A DNA stretch of 64,000 nucleotides, from positions 6,076,001 through 6,140,000 of the forward strand of contig OZ176054.1 in assembly GCA_964247055.1 (NCBI GenBank). The letters are read 5' to 3'. The number at the start of each line of letters is the position of its first letter. Within the stretch, counting starts at the first letter, position 1. Below, one piece after another: positions 11,998-26,300 of the stretch. The notes beneath the pieces are model-generated. The model searched no databases, had not been told where the DNA came from, and was given only the letters and a program-made list of their open reading frames with translations. This DNA is from Paragordius varius. Taxonomy: Eukaryota > Animalia > Nematomorpha. A program made the position numbers and the translations under genes.

Positions 11998-14117
11998 TTG
12001 TTAATTACGTGGATAAATAAATTTAGGCATTTGTTTTGTGAGGGTATGGGGTGTTACACGGGACCACCCATCAAGTTGTTTCTCAAAAAAGGGAGTATCC
12101 CCAAAAGATTTGCAGCCAGGAGGGTACCTATTCCGCTTCAGTCTAAGGTGGAGAGTGAATTAAAGAGGCTTGAAAGTCTGGGTATTATAGAGTCCATAAA
12201 CCCCTCGCAAACACGAATTGACTGGGTAACTCCGTTGGTGATAGTTAAAAAGAATGATAATGATATTCGCATATGTGGTGATTTTAGAATTACTTTTAAC
12301 CCAAGTCTGGTTCCTGTAGATCATCTGATTCCAACGTTTGATCAGTTAGTGTTTAAAATCGGGCAAGGAAAAGTTTTTACGACCTTAGATCCAAAAGAAG
12401 CTTACTGGCAAATGCCGATACATCAAGATTATCAACATCTACTCACGTTTACTTCACATAGAGGCCTTTTTCGACTTCAGAGACTGCCATTTGGAATATC
12501 TAGTGCACCCACGATATTTCAACAAATTATGGATGAGTTATTAAAAGATTGTCCAGGTACAGCGGTTTACTTAGATGATGTAATTGTTAGTGGAACAACG
12601 GTAATGGAGCATAAGGATAATTTAGAAAAAGCGTTGAACAAATTAGCTGCTGTGGGTTTGAAATTAAAAAAAGGATAAAATCCAATTAGCTCGTTCCAGT
12701 GTCATACTTAGGATATATAATTTCAGACAAAGGAATTAAACCTGATAACGAAAAAGTAAAAGCAATTTTGAATTGTCCTGCACCTACCAATAAAACATCA
12801 CTTCGGTCTTTTTTAGGATTGTTAAATTTAACGCTCGTTTTATTCCATCTTTGAATGCTACAATTGCGGATTTACATGCGCTCACAGGTTCTAAGAAATG
12901 ATGTTGGTCGACAAAGGAAGAGAGGGTTTTTGATAAAGCTAAACTGTTGGTGAGTAATGCATTATGTCTAATACCGTTTAACCCGAACCTTCCGTTAGTG
13001 TTGGAAACAGATGCATCGAATGACGGATTCGGAGCAGTCTTATCACATATGACAAGTGAGGGAAAACGGCAGATAGCTTTTGCGTCTCGAAAATGTGCGA
13101 AGGCAGTACAACATTTCTCGGTAATTGAAAAAGAAGCAAGGGCAATTTTATATGCGCTAGAAAAATTTAAAATGTTTGTGTATGGCAGAATGTTCGTATT
13201 ATTAACCGATCATAAACCCCTGATCAAGTTGTTTGGCTTTGAGAGAGATCTAAGTAATATTAACAATAGTAGATTAGTAAGATGGATACTCAGAACAGCC
13301 GATTATAATTTTACTATACAATATATTAATGGTTCGGAAAATTTAGCGGATTGGTTATCTCGTCTACCGTATGAAGAACCGACGGAGGAAGTTGAGGAGA
13401 AACCCAGGCAAATCAACTTTCTAACATCTGACAACTTAAGCGTACAGCGAATGAAATAAAATACTTTACGGGATTAGTTTTTGATGACATTTAAAGCGGC
13501 TCTACATCATAATGATTGGTCAGCTCCAATTTTAAATTCGATATTGAGTATAAGAAACGAAATACAAGAATCATCCGGTTTGTTGTATTGGGGCGATCGT
13601 CTGTTTATTCCCAGGGCGTTGCGAAATGAAACGTTAAAATTTTTGCATGTTGGACATTCGGGGGCTAATGTAATGAAAGAGTCTGCCAAGGCTAGTTTAT
13701 TGGCCAGGTATAAACCAAGATATTGAAAGTTATGTGAGATCTTGTATGGGGTGTCAGTTAAACCGGAGTAACATAAAAAGTAATCCAACGTACAAATGGA
13801 ATTTTAATGCGGGTATCTGGGAAAGGATACATCTTGATATTTCCGGTCCTATAGATGGGTTGCATTGGTTAGCTATCGATAGTAGGTACAGATGTGTTGA
13901 AGTCGAATTGCTAACTGTTAATTCTGCAAACATACTACATTGGTTAGAAATTTGGTGTGTAAGGTACGGGTTTCCCCGAATGATAGTTACCGATAATGCA
14001 TCATATTTTGCATCGAAGGATTTTAAAGATACCTTGCAACGAGCAAACATCAAACATGTCACTAATGCCCCCTATCATCCACGAACAAATGGGCTGAACG
14101 GGTCATTTACACCTTAA
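11998..14117 (+). pseudogene. Frameshifted pol (reverse transcriptase, RNase H, integrase) of the Gypsy element
   Basis: RT motifs WVTPLVIVKK, RICGDFR, RLPFGISSAP and YLDDVIVSG (11998-12678). RNase H motifs ETDASNDGFGAVL and TDHKPL (12947-13459). Integrase motifs WERIHLD, IVTDNASYF and PYHPRTNG (13734-14117). Confidence 0.9.
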
Positions 14118-14695
14118 AAGCACACTATAAATCGCTAACGGATTCTAAGCTGACTCCTGATAAAAAAAAATCAAGTGTTATGGGGTTATCGCTCCGCCGT
14201 ACATAGCGCCACAAAAGAGTGCCCGTATAACTTATTTCTGAAAAGACATATTAATATCCCCTTCTCTTGGGTTAGGGAAACATCCGCACAACAATTAGAG
14301 GATGACATAATACCCAATCAAAGTTTTTAGACCGGACGAAGAAGTGTACATAAAGAATGAAATCAATATTCAGGGTGGAGAAAAGGTTCAATTTTGGAGA
14401 GAACAGGGGTACTCTCGTACACGGTTAAAGATGGAATCGAACACTTCGCAAGCATGTGGATCAATTATGGCCGACCGGAGTCGAGAACGGCGGAGAGGAG
14501 GATGATAATTTAACGATAAACCAAACAGATGAAGAGATTACAACCAATAATCGGGAGGTGGGGGAAGAACCAAGCAAAGAAAAAGAAAACGAGAAAGACA
14601 CCCAGGTTGAAATAAGAACGGAAAAGACAACTGAGAAAGAACCTGAAAGGAGATATCCTCTTAGGGAAAGAAAAGCACCAGATCGGCTCGGATTT

Positions 14696-14708
14696 GGATA
14701 AGGAGATA
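14696..14708 (+). promoter_or_regulatory. Polypurine tract of the LTR element
   Basis: GGATAAGGAGATA immediately precedes the TG of the 3' LTR. Confidence 0.7.
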
Positions 14709-14972
14709 TGATAGATTAGAATACATCAAGTTAGCTAACCTTAGACGAGACCAATTTATATATTAGATTTGAATACATTTTGATAACCTTTTATATATGA
14801 GTTAAAGTATTGTATCAATTTTGTGTTTAACCTGCACACGTTATTTAACCTTGGTTTACATGTAAATATTATATTCACAAAAAGTATATAAACATCGCAA
14901 ACTGTATATAGTTTAGTTTTTGCATTTTATCTCAATAAATCTTATTGTTTTACCGTTTCTCGATTTACTACA
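14709..14972 (+). repeat. 3' LTR (264 bp)
   Basis: TGATAGATTAG...ACTACA; direct repeat of 10673-10936. Confidence 0.95.
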
Positions 14973-14997
14973 GATATATTTTACAATTCTTCAAGTG

Positions 14998-15471
14998 GAA
15001 AATATAAGAGTTAAGAGACACATAAATAATCGGAAATTTTGCAATTATAGTAAATGGATCAGTAGTATCCAACAGCATTATCAATCAATATTCCAATCGA
15101 GGATTTGGTGGGTCGCTTACCTGCTGGGGTTCGCAAACCTATCTTTACAAAATGTTCTGTTCGTACAAACAAATGCCTTGGATTAGCTTTCTGCTAGAAT
15201 ACCAGTTCATTATATTTTGATCCCGTTGAATATTATTTGCGCCCGCACGAAAAGTTAAAAACACAGTATAACTTAGCTCATGTTCTCCATTAGGCACTTT
15301 GTCGTGATAAATATTTTGTGCGTTTTAGATGGCATCATCGATTGTGGTTTTAAATGAGGGCACTAAGTTATTTTGTCGATGAAATAGGTTCTACAGTGGA
15401 GTATAACACAAGGTACACAAAAAATTTTCTTGATATATATATATATATATATAATCCGATAGAAAGTATCA
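14998..15471. repeat. Copy 2 of the roughly 460-bp direct repeat, just after the 3' LTR
   Basis: Matches 10215-10672 up to ...GAAAGTATCA, then continues into a MITE-family sequence (ggaatcttatagtgcttttgg...). Confidence 0.9.
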
Positions 15472-16760
15472 GGAATCTTATAGTGCTTTTGGTTTTTAGC
15501 CTTACGAGTGATGTAATAAAGTTATTAGCAGTTTCGTAACAACGCTTCATATCGGAAAATGACAAATTGCGCACTGTTTATTTAATAAACTTTTTTTGAT
15601 GAAAGTTAAATCCTTCATTCCAAAATATCATTAAAATATATATAATATATATAAAAAAATTTAAATTTTATGTTTTAGTTGTGTGCCATGAAAGTCTAAA
15701 ATACTTGAACCTGTCCTAAAGTTATCTTATTGAATTATAAGCGAAAACCCGGGTTTTCTCGATAAAAAATATATTCTTATTGGATATTGTTTACGCTGAA
15801 TTGTGATTGTATTATGATATATGCAATAATTCAGCAAAAATTATATAATTTATTATGATATTTCGATTACTACAAGTAATCTTTGTCAAACGTAAAAATA
15901 AAATTAAAATATAAACTAAAATTTAAATTTTTAATTTTATTTTTACGTTTGACAAAGATTACTTGTAGTAATCGAAATATCATAATAAATTTATAAAATT
16001 TTTGCTGAATTATTGCATATATAATAATATATTCTTAATTTTGACACCAAAAAATTTTTTTTCGAAAAAATTGGATATTTGCTCCAAAATTTGGAAATAT
16101 TTTGGTGAAGCTAATTTTACAGTATTTTGAAGCATGGTGGAAACGGTATAAAAATATTATTTATACACCTTTTCTATATAATTCAAAGATGCTGAACATT
16201 TTTATCGCTTTTAGGTAATTTTTTAAAAAATATATTTTATATATAACACAAATTTGACGACAAACAATTATTTTAATCAAATAGAGGTGATAATATATTA
16301 AGGGTTTCTATACCGTTTCCATCATGCCTCAATTAAATTAAATTTTTTAACAAATTATTTTTTAAAATCATATTTTTAAATGCCATAATAACATATGTTA
16401 AAATTCGCAAAGTCTCGGAATTTTCGAGTTCCTTTTAAAAGAATCAACCCATGAGGGGGCAAAATTTGGGATTTGGAGCCCACATCTATATTACAGTTTT
16501 ATAAAAATATTGTTTTGCAATATATATATAATAGAAAAATGATATATTATCGAAAAAAGCATATAGCGTTTGCCAAAAAAATAATTTAACATAATGTGCA
16601 CTAATTTCGCCACATTACGATATTAGCAATTACCACAAAAATGCGAAATACTTTGTTATTTCACTCGTGAGCTCCAAAACAAAATCACCTTGAGATTTTT
16701 GCATTTTATATCATATATTCTTCCATATTCTTTTTACAGCCGATTTTGTGCGCAGTGTTA
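15406..16760. mobile_element. Degenerate non-autonomous DNA transposon (Tc1/mariner-like MITE family; relatives at about 20.3-21.4 kb and 38.0-38.5 kb)
   Basis: Shared motif ggatcattatggtgcttttggttttggccc-like near the left end, internal inverted repeat agcatggtggaaacggtata (16131) / taccgtttccatcatgc (16311), and right end ttttgtgcgcagtg-TA. Boundaries approximate. Confidence 0.45.
15811..16028. repeat. Near-perfect hairpin: arms of about 100 bp, 19-nt loop
   Basis: 15811-15909 is the reverse complement of 15929-16028 with only a few mismatches (e.g. ttcgattactacaagtaatctttgtcaaacgtaaaaataaaattaaaa and its complement). Confidence 0.9.
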
Positions 16761-17342
16761 GAATTGGGCACATGATTGGAAAATATTTTTTTGATTTTTT
16801 AAGCGCTATTATTGGAAATATTCCAATAAAGTTTATTACAAAATTGTATTGGTTAATTTTCACGATCTGCCTATCTCAATGATATAAACACTATCAGTTT
16901 TATCTAAAATTTTACCTTTACATCCGAAGATCAGGTGGAAAAAAAAGCTGCTTGAAAACAGAAATATTTTGGTAAACCTCACCTACTCCTTTAAATATAA
17001 ATGTTTGCTACTAACAAATCAGTAATTTTCAAATTTTAATATTGGGAAAAAGCCCTTAAATTTAACCGTTCTTTAACACTATATAGATATTTCTAATTCT
17101 TTAAGTTTAATTAACAAAAACATAATTTAATATATTTATTAAATAAGTGGTAATGGTCAGCTATTACATTTGTCGCATTTACTATTGTATCTTCATATTT
17201 TTCTTCGTATTTTTCTGTATTAAAAAAATAGAATGGTATATTTATTATGAAATGAAATATAATCAATAACGATCTAGAAATACATATATGCGCTGGAATG
17301 ATAAATTTGGTAGCACTTAGAAAACAATTGTTATTAAATGAA

Positions 17343-20300
17343 TTAGATTGATTTAGGCGCGACACATATCAATTTATATTTTTGTGCAAATAGGAATACT
17401 TTTTTATTGTGTTTAACTCTATTTATTTTTTATTAACTTTTTGCCTAATATAAATTTGATTCTTTAATATAGAAAAAATAGTTTTTTTTTACCGTAATTT
17501 GCGCCACCATTTAGTATTGAAACTGAAATAGATTAAGGGATTAGCCGCACTGTTTAATGTACTGAGGCTTTGTATAAAAACGGTAATGGCACGCTTTTTC
17601 GGATTATCTCCTATAAGGTTGAACACATCAAGGAAATCGAAAATGAAGTATGGACTCCAACAAATGATAAATACTGTTGTTACATGAATAATATTATATA
17701 TGATCATATTTTCATTAAATATTTTTAATAACAAAAAGCTACCTTTAATAATACTTAAAACTTCTTCGATATTTTTGACCTAATATTTAATTAGATTAAG
17801 AGCAATATCACGTAATGTCCCTTCAAATTTCAAGGACAAATAATTTATAATATAAAAATAAAAAAATAACCGCCGAAAAAGAAATATACTTGCAACTATG
17901 GTTAATGTAATTTTAATGCTTTTGATTTTGGCACGTGTAATAAATCCAGCCGTGTTAACCATCATTTCTGATTGATTTTTGAGCCTAAAGGTATGTTTTT
18001 GGGTATCTAAATAAAAATTGAGTTACTAAATAATTTATAGACTTGTCCACACACGTATTTAGAAAATAATCATTGAATGTCCAATTTATACCAATAAAGA
18101 GTCTTATAACTACATTTTTAAGTGTTCAACATAAAATCAATAATAAATTATTTAAATATAAGATACATTAATTATGCATAATCAATTTTGTAAATTAAGA
18201 AGATTTTTTCGCTCTCAGATGTTAAATTAAATTCTAAAATTTTTCTATAATATTGCACTTATATAATAAGGATCTTATTATGAACTTGCAAACTTTCTTT
18301 ATTTAGAAGAAACTGTAAAATATTACATTCATGAGACAGTAAAGAAAGAGAATTAAAATGCTCGAGCCCAATAAGAAATGTAATTATTAAAACTGTCACA
18401 AGTTACTGTTAGTTAGTTTAAAACGGTGATTAGCGAATCATGTTTTCAATTAGTAGCCTGACTATAGATGACCATTAAAAATGTAGGCAGCAATTTTTGG
18501 AAACTTAAATATTTTATACCCTTAGTTTAAGACAGGACGAGGCCAAAATGGAGTTATTTCAACTAAGTTGGCAGACTGATGCTTTATTGATTACTCTAAT
18601 TTTAAACTTGAATGAGCTTATTTTACATTCTAAAAAAGAAGTCATATAATATTTGGAACTGGTAAAAATAAAATTTTCATCTAAATTACCGGTGATAACT
18701 TCTCGATTTCTCATACAATGAAATAATTACTTTATATTTTAGTTTATTCAGAAAATTTTAATTTTAAAATTAAACTATTTATGTTATATTTTGGTTAATT
18801 ACGCTTTATATACGAAGTTATAAAATTTCAACAGCTGTTTAACGCCATTAATATCGTTTGTATGACGTGCAAACATAATTTTCATATTCTCAAGGTCCAT
18901 CAATAATAACTATATTAATTACGTTTTCAACTGCTCATATCTCTCGTTTTAAGTTATTTCGGAGCTTTTAATTTTTTGCAAGTTTTATAACTAAAATTTG
19001 AATTTATTACGGCTAAAATGCAAAAATTATAACCGTTCTAAGCTTATAATAATTTATTGGCTCTCATAACTTGACTCCAATTAAAAAAAAATAAAACCAT
19101 TACCATTCCGTATTAATGATGATTTTGCTGAAGTGTTGTACAGACTATTCTTTATTCTATGTGTTGAATTCATCAGTGCACCTTTCATCGTATTACCTGC
19201 TATAGTGAAGTTGCGATGTCTTGTGAGCTTAGGACAAGTATTTGAGTGAAAAAACGAATCAGAATTATTTTTGAAAGAATACAATGCTTTATTACTTTTA
19301 TCATCTATTGGTGGACATATTTGTAAGTAATGATTTGTTTTAATAGATTTAGTTGGATAATTATTGGAATTAATAATTGGACGAGATGTAGAAGTTTTAC
19401 TATTTTTACTTTGAGCGGATTTTAGCGATAATTGGGGCCGGTTAAAGCTTTTAGTTGGTTTAATGACAATACTTCTAAAATTTTTGCATTCAGCGCCTTT
19501 AAGGCTTTTAAACGAATAATTTGCAAATTTTGTATCGTTTTGATTTTCCGTCGCTCTTACCATATTTTTATTATTATTTCTGGTGCTTAATCTTTTACGT
19601 GCAGAAATCTTTGAACAGTGTCGATTTTTTTGCTGCACATTTTTTGTATCAAAATCCGTTTCTTCTTCCTCCTCTTCCTCATCATCATCATCTGTATAAT
19701 TATAAAAATGTTGAATAAATCTTTTCCTGATACTTTGGACATTAGCGGACAATCTGTTAATATGGGTAGGCTGAGTAGAAATGGCCGATGGAGGAGGGGA
19801 GGTATCCGTAAAATCTCTACTTCTTTGCCAAATGCGGAAGATAATTATTCCATAGGCAGTGATCATTATAAGTGCGGGGATAATGTATACCAAAACCATA
19901 ATAATGGTAAAATACGGTTTCCATAACCAATCGTACGGCAATGATATCCAACATTGATAAAGTGCTGAGGGTGGTTTTTCAATTACAAAATTAGTGCCAC
20001 CAATTAATCTTGGGTGGAAAGTTACCCTGTCTTTAGCCTTATTTTGCGTTTCATTTTTAGAAATAATTGAGGTAACAGAGGGATTTGGTGTTATTCGATC
20101 CTGATTTTTATCATTCACCACTCGTATATGATTAAATACGAAGGAAGGGATAGAAAAAGTTAAACTTAGGATCCAAACAAAAGCCATCATAATTCGACGT
20201 TTCTCTAAGAATAAAAATATAATTTAAGACATTACCTTTTGGAGTAGTTAGTTCCCCTAGAGCGATTTAAAATCAATATACTTTTAAAAATATCTATAAC

Positions 20301-23300
20301 CCAATGTCCACAAAATTTACCCTGTTAAAATACCTATTTTCTGATAAGAAAATGTCTCAGGATCATTATGGTGCTTTTGGTTTTGGCCCATATGAGTGAT
20401 TTAAAAAAGTTATTTACACTTTTTTGGTAAGTGCCCATATCAGAAAATGGAAACATCTGCGCACATTAAAGTTTTTTTGGTGAAGACAAAATGCTTCACT
20501 TCAAAAACTATCACTAAAATATATCATAAAACTACATATTAAAAGCAAGAGAATATCTAAAAAAGATGTGGGCACCTAATATAAATTTTCTCGCTCTTCT
20601 ATAAGTGGCTAGTATTCTTAAAAAAATATTCCAAGAAATGCATACGTTTTTCAAAAATTTAATTTAGCAAATTTTTTTGAATTATACCATACTATTTTGA
20701 GGTATGACTTTTTCTACATTATTTAATGATGCTGATCATTTATATCAAAAATTTTGATAATATATTATCAAATTTATATAAAATAAAAATTGTGTTATTC
20801 ACGAAAATTCACAAAAATTTTAATTAAACGAATATTTAAATTAAATTAAGCCATAGTGCTCATGCTTTAAATATTTAGAAAAAATGGTTTTATAATATAA
20901 AGCGTTTTTATACCGTTTCCAACATGCCTTAAAATAATATGAAGTACGCTTCATTAAAATTTTGCTAAAAATGAAAAGCATATATTTTTTAAATGTTTTT
21001 AAATGATATCAAAATTTAGCATAAATTTAGAAATTTTCAGTCTTATCTCACTATTTTTGCGTTTTAAAAGAACTCGTCAATTTTATTAGTGAGAGAAATT
21101 CGATTTCCAGCCCACATCTAAGAATTAAATTTTTTAAAAAATATTTCTTATTATATGTCCTATTTAATATATTTTATATTTTTTGGAATGAAAAATTTAG
21201 CTATCATCAAAAAAATTTTATACAAAAAATGTTCTCGAATTTTGTCATTATCCGATTTGTACAACAAAAGTGATAACTTTCCTTTATTACTCGTAAGGGT
21301 CAAAAAGCACCATGATAATCCTAAAATAATTTTTTATCAGAAATATACATATTTTATCAGGCGACTTTTCATATGCCTCGATTTTAGACGCAGTGTAATA
21401 TTAGGCCAATTTATAAATGTGCATTGTATGTCTTTTGACTCATTTGATAATAAATTGTTTAAAAACGTAAAATTGTAAAAAAATTTATTGCTATTAAATT
21501 TATCAATACCTAAAAAAATTTGTACTAATAAACTACAGCAACGGTTAGAAGCCCCTGTGTATTGGTAAAAGTAGATATTAAATTTTAACCTATTTTTTGT
21601 GAAATAGATTTAAGTGTTATATATTGATCATGAGTTTATAAATGTGTTACAATATAAATATTTTCTAAATTATCAATTATTAAAAGATAATTCAAGCAAC
21701 AATTTTATTTTTTATCAGTCTTAGTTTGGAGAAAACCGAATTATCCTAAAGATACCATATTTAAAAAAAAGTCCGATTAAACGGAATCATTTTGTATACA
21801 CTAAAAATTCTTAAAAAAATCCTATAAATATATCCTATAAGTTTAATTTTATGAGATTTAAAGACATGGTAAATGCCAAACTTTATTTCACGTGTAATTC
21901 ACAAAGCTTAATTTAGGTTTTAGGGAAATATGTATAGTATACCTTGTTTCATATGGTGCATAGGTTTGCACACAGCCAAATACCGATCTAAACTCATAAC
22001 TACTAGCACATATGTTGATGCATAAATTACCACTGTCTATAATACAATCCAAAAAACATGTAAAATAAAATTTATCCAATAAAAATTATTTTACACAACA
22101 AAACCACATCAAAAAAACATAAAAAAATTTATTCTTAGGGGATCAATAAATTCGCATCTCACTAATATATATCTATTCTACATGTTAGAAATATTTTTAA
22201 ATGGTAGTATTTTTGTTCATAATCCTAAATCTGTCCCAGATACATTATTTTTAAATAATTCAATTGATATAAAATTTAAAGATTTTCTCAAAAATTGGAT
22301 TTTTGGCACACCTGAAGGTATCGGATTAATTTGCACATGAGGTTGCCAGCATACCAATATACTGTAAATTTCCAGATAATATCGACTAATACGTTGAATA
22401 GTCCAACCATAACATCTATAATAAAGAATATTAAATGATTTTAATTTAAAAATTTAGGTAGTTGTTCATAAGTTGTCTCCAGAGATTTATATATAAAGAA
22501 GTATAAAATTAATAAATATTTATATATATTTAATTTAAAATTAACTTCTTAGCATTATAAAAAGAATGTGTATATTAGGTTGAAAAGCCTATTTCATTAA
22601 CTAAATATAACAGGATTTTATTGCTAAAAAATCAATTATTTCAATTCAACATTAATTTTATTAATTTATTTTGAAAATTTTTTTTATCATTATCTTACGG
22701 ATTTAACAATCTTGTTAATACAAAACATTATCAATCCGACATTTATGTTTACAAAATTAACTTTTATTTGGTATTTTTTTATTGGTTTGTTATAGATGCA
22801 TGGTCAACTTTAAACAAAATTCAATGATTTGATTTTGCAATAATATATATTGGAATTAAATTCGTGAAAACCCTGTTAGCTTTTTGAGGAATTTGACTGT
22901 TTTAGTTTTTGGGAGCTTTCTATATTGATATATCAATAGCAGAAATTATAAAAGTGGGAAAAAGAAATGCTTTTGGTATAAATATTAATAAAATGTTTTC
23001 GATATTTTGATTAGATATTTAAATTTTTTGACATTTCAAATTTTATTAAAAAAACGGCTTCAGCTTTTTGAAATAGTGCCCGATTAAAATGGAATATTTA
23101 AATTGCTCATTCTAAGTTAAAAGCCTAGGACCATTGCTATTATATTTTATGAAGGGGATGTATTTCACTAATTGGGGTTTTTCCCATGAATAAAATTCAA
23201 ATCGGTCATATCTTAGCTGTATAGCAAATACTTGGCACCATAATTAACTCCCCTGGCTTAATATGTTGTCTGAAAATTTCATTCAAAGAATAATATATAG

Positions 23301-26300
23301 TATCTAGATATTGCTTTTTTTGGGGGGGAAGGGGGGCAAAATTTATAGTTCCCTCTGGTTTTAGCGCTATTTAAGTTAGGGCTGAGTGCGATCTTTTAAA
23401 AAAAGTGGTTTGAACACGATCGTCACTTTTATATGAATATAAATATATATCATTTTAAATTAGTGTTTATCCGTTTATGGAAAATTGCTTCAAAGACACG
23501 ATGCATTTTTAACGAATGTGTGGACTGAAAATAATTCGACCATGATCGGCCCGTTCAAAATAAATAAAATCCATGATTGATGTGATCATATAACTTTACA
23601 GAAAAATTGTCTCAAAAATAAAATTAATGTTTATGCAATGAAACTGTGACATTTAATTTGATGCTATGCGAAATAGGGTTCGAAATTAATTTTCCATATT
23701 TTTTAATAAACCTTTATAAGGGTTTATATAAACACCCATACAGATTTTTCCATAAAATATGATAATATTTCTGTACCTGAAAGATAGTTGATATTCATAG
23801 CTAATTTAACATTAAAAGGGACAAAATGAAAAATAGCAAATTCTTTAAGGTAAGCAGGTAAAAATTATCACTTAAATAGAAGAAGATACACTGGAATCGA
23901 AAAGTACAAATAAATTGTTTCATCTGGATTTCATTTTATTGTTTAAAACTTGATAATAATTTACAATAATTCCCACACATCATATTATTATTACAAATAT
24001 TTTTTCCTCCCAAAAATTAAGGCTTACTATAAAATTATTCACAAAATAATTGTATCCCGCCCCTTTTAATACATACTAATTAGCTCGTACTGAACATTTT
24101 TTATAAGGCCCTAATTTTTAAGTACTATCGATTAAGTTAAATTATTTCAAAAAATTCGCATTTATATTGAAATTAACCAAAACATTTCTAATCATTTTTT
24201 ATCCCACAATGGGGTTCATTATTGTTGGGGCGATGGTTCACTGTATAACAATTTTTAAATATTACTGATCTATAATTTTTCTAAATAAAATTTAAATTAG
24301 AGCCACGTTTAAAGAAATTACTACTATAGTGTAAATACAAAAATAAAAGTTAAATATTTTAACTTTTTCGTAAATTTTACAGACAATTTATATGACAATA
24401 ATGTATTACAGTGGCATATGGTTAAAAATTACATATGGTTGGAATTGAGCAGCTTTTTTCTAAATTTTAACATTAATTATTTATTCTTTTTTTTATGAAC
24501 GACTAACATTTTTACACTACCATACGCTATTGTATTAAGTACAAATAGTCATTTATAATAATTATAAAAAAATGATGTTTCGTTAAATGCAACATATATG
24601 GTTTTGATACCCTGCCTCGTACAAATATAATTAATATTTATGAATTTATAATTACGGTGACACTCCTATTTATTATATGGTTGATATAACAATTAAAAAC
24701 TAAAAAAAGCAATATTCTAAAACTTCGATGAAAAAATTTTCGAAAATTCAGAACATTTTTTCAAATGCTGCAGTAATGACATTTTAAATGGTCATTTTTT
24801 CACTAGTAATGCATATAGGTAGGACAAAATATTTACTAAGGGAATAATGACTAAAATAAATGACTTCTTTTATTTAAGTTAAGTATTGAATAAAACTCAT
24901 TATCTGTCATTTATTTGATTTTTTGAAAAAAAAATTATTTTTTGGCCTAAAGATTTTGCCTATTGACATACATTTAATGACATTTATGGAAAAGGCCAAA
25001 AAGAACGTTATATGCTTTCGCTCTTTGTAGTTATAATAAATAATGTACTCTAAAAGGTCTGCCTATCTGACAATTATTAAAAATGTGGTGTCATAGTCAA
25101 CATTACATTCAATTCTATTAATAATAAATAATCATCTATTCCAATGATGAGATTTATAGATCTGTAAAATTATGGTGCAGATCTAATAATACATACTTTT
25201 TGCCTCTAAAGGTAACAATATTACAAACTAAGTAAAAGAGTTTCAAAACTGCGCATTTTTCATTCATTACCTTTTTACGCTGATTCTGCCTTAAAACCAA
25301 CTAACTATCGATAATAGAGGCCGCCCTTTAATATACGCTTAAACGCATTAATGTAAAATTTTCACAAGTTCTTCGCCATTCTCAATGCTTTCCTAGATAT
25401 TTGGTAAAATTGCAAACAAAACCGGATAAAATTTAATTAGGATTAGGAATAAATTTTTGAAATTTGCATATAATTATGTTCAGATCTTAAATTTTTGAGA
25501 ATTAAACCGCAGCAATAATCCAAACCTTTATTTAATAAATTACAGCAATTATTTACAACTTTAGAGGAACACATATATTGAGTCAATAACTGTTTTAAAG
25601 TTGAAGTTATCTATGGTGCCAATATAGGATTATATTTTTATTTTTCCATTACCATTTTGCAAGCAATTGTAAAATATACGATAAGTGAAATAATTCTTAA
25701 TTTCCGATATTGATTTCTTCTACATAAAAAATATTTTATTAGCTAAAAAAATGTTAATTAAAAGGTATTAAAATACTTTTATTTATTGTCATTCGTAAGC
25801 CATTTCGATTTTATGAGTACTTGCTTAAAAGGAATTAAAAATGCTGTTTCCTCCTTTTTTCGTAATAAATATGAAAATAATATCTTTTTAATCAATTGTG
25901 ATTAGTAATTATATATATTTATATATATATATATTTTTTAAAGAGCATACCCACTATAGCCAAATTCAGGAAAAAGAAATTGATACGGGTCCGTTTGTTT
26001 TGACGACAAATAAATATGATGACGCCCATGTTTGCAATAATAATCATGAAGAATAGGATAAATAAGAAAGTAAACTGTTGAATCTATAAGGAAACGATTA
26101 TAACTGTAAAAAAATTATTGATATAAATATATTATTTTTAATTTTAGTGCAAAGTCTTTAAATTTTTAACCATTCAAAACCCAACCCTACTTCGGCTAAT
26201 ATGGTAGCCAAAAAAGAATTTATACACGATATATTTAACCTTATTTGACTTTATTTACCTAAAAACTAATTTAACATGTGTAAGATTCAAATCGTTAAAA

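Larger units (their letters stand above)
10673..14972 (+). mobile_element. Full-length but degenerate Ty3/Gypsy LTR retrotransposon (Mag-like), 4.3 kb
   Basis: Two 264-bp TG...CA LTRs, PBS, PPT, and domain order gag-PR-RT-RH-IN. Pol is broken by several stops and frameshifts. No target-site duplication (tatca vs gatat). Confidence 0.95.

Noticed and set aside
11013-14062. Antisense ORFs over gag and pol (11013-11604, 13507-14062)
   Set aside because: Shadow ORFs of more GC-rich coding sequence; no recognisable motifs.
14456-14701. 81-aa acidic ORF as a host gene or env
   Set aside because: It lies inside the LTR element and is the low-complexity C-terminal tail of the frameshifted integrase (ends RRYPLRERKAPDRL just before the PPT).
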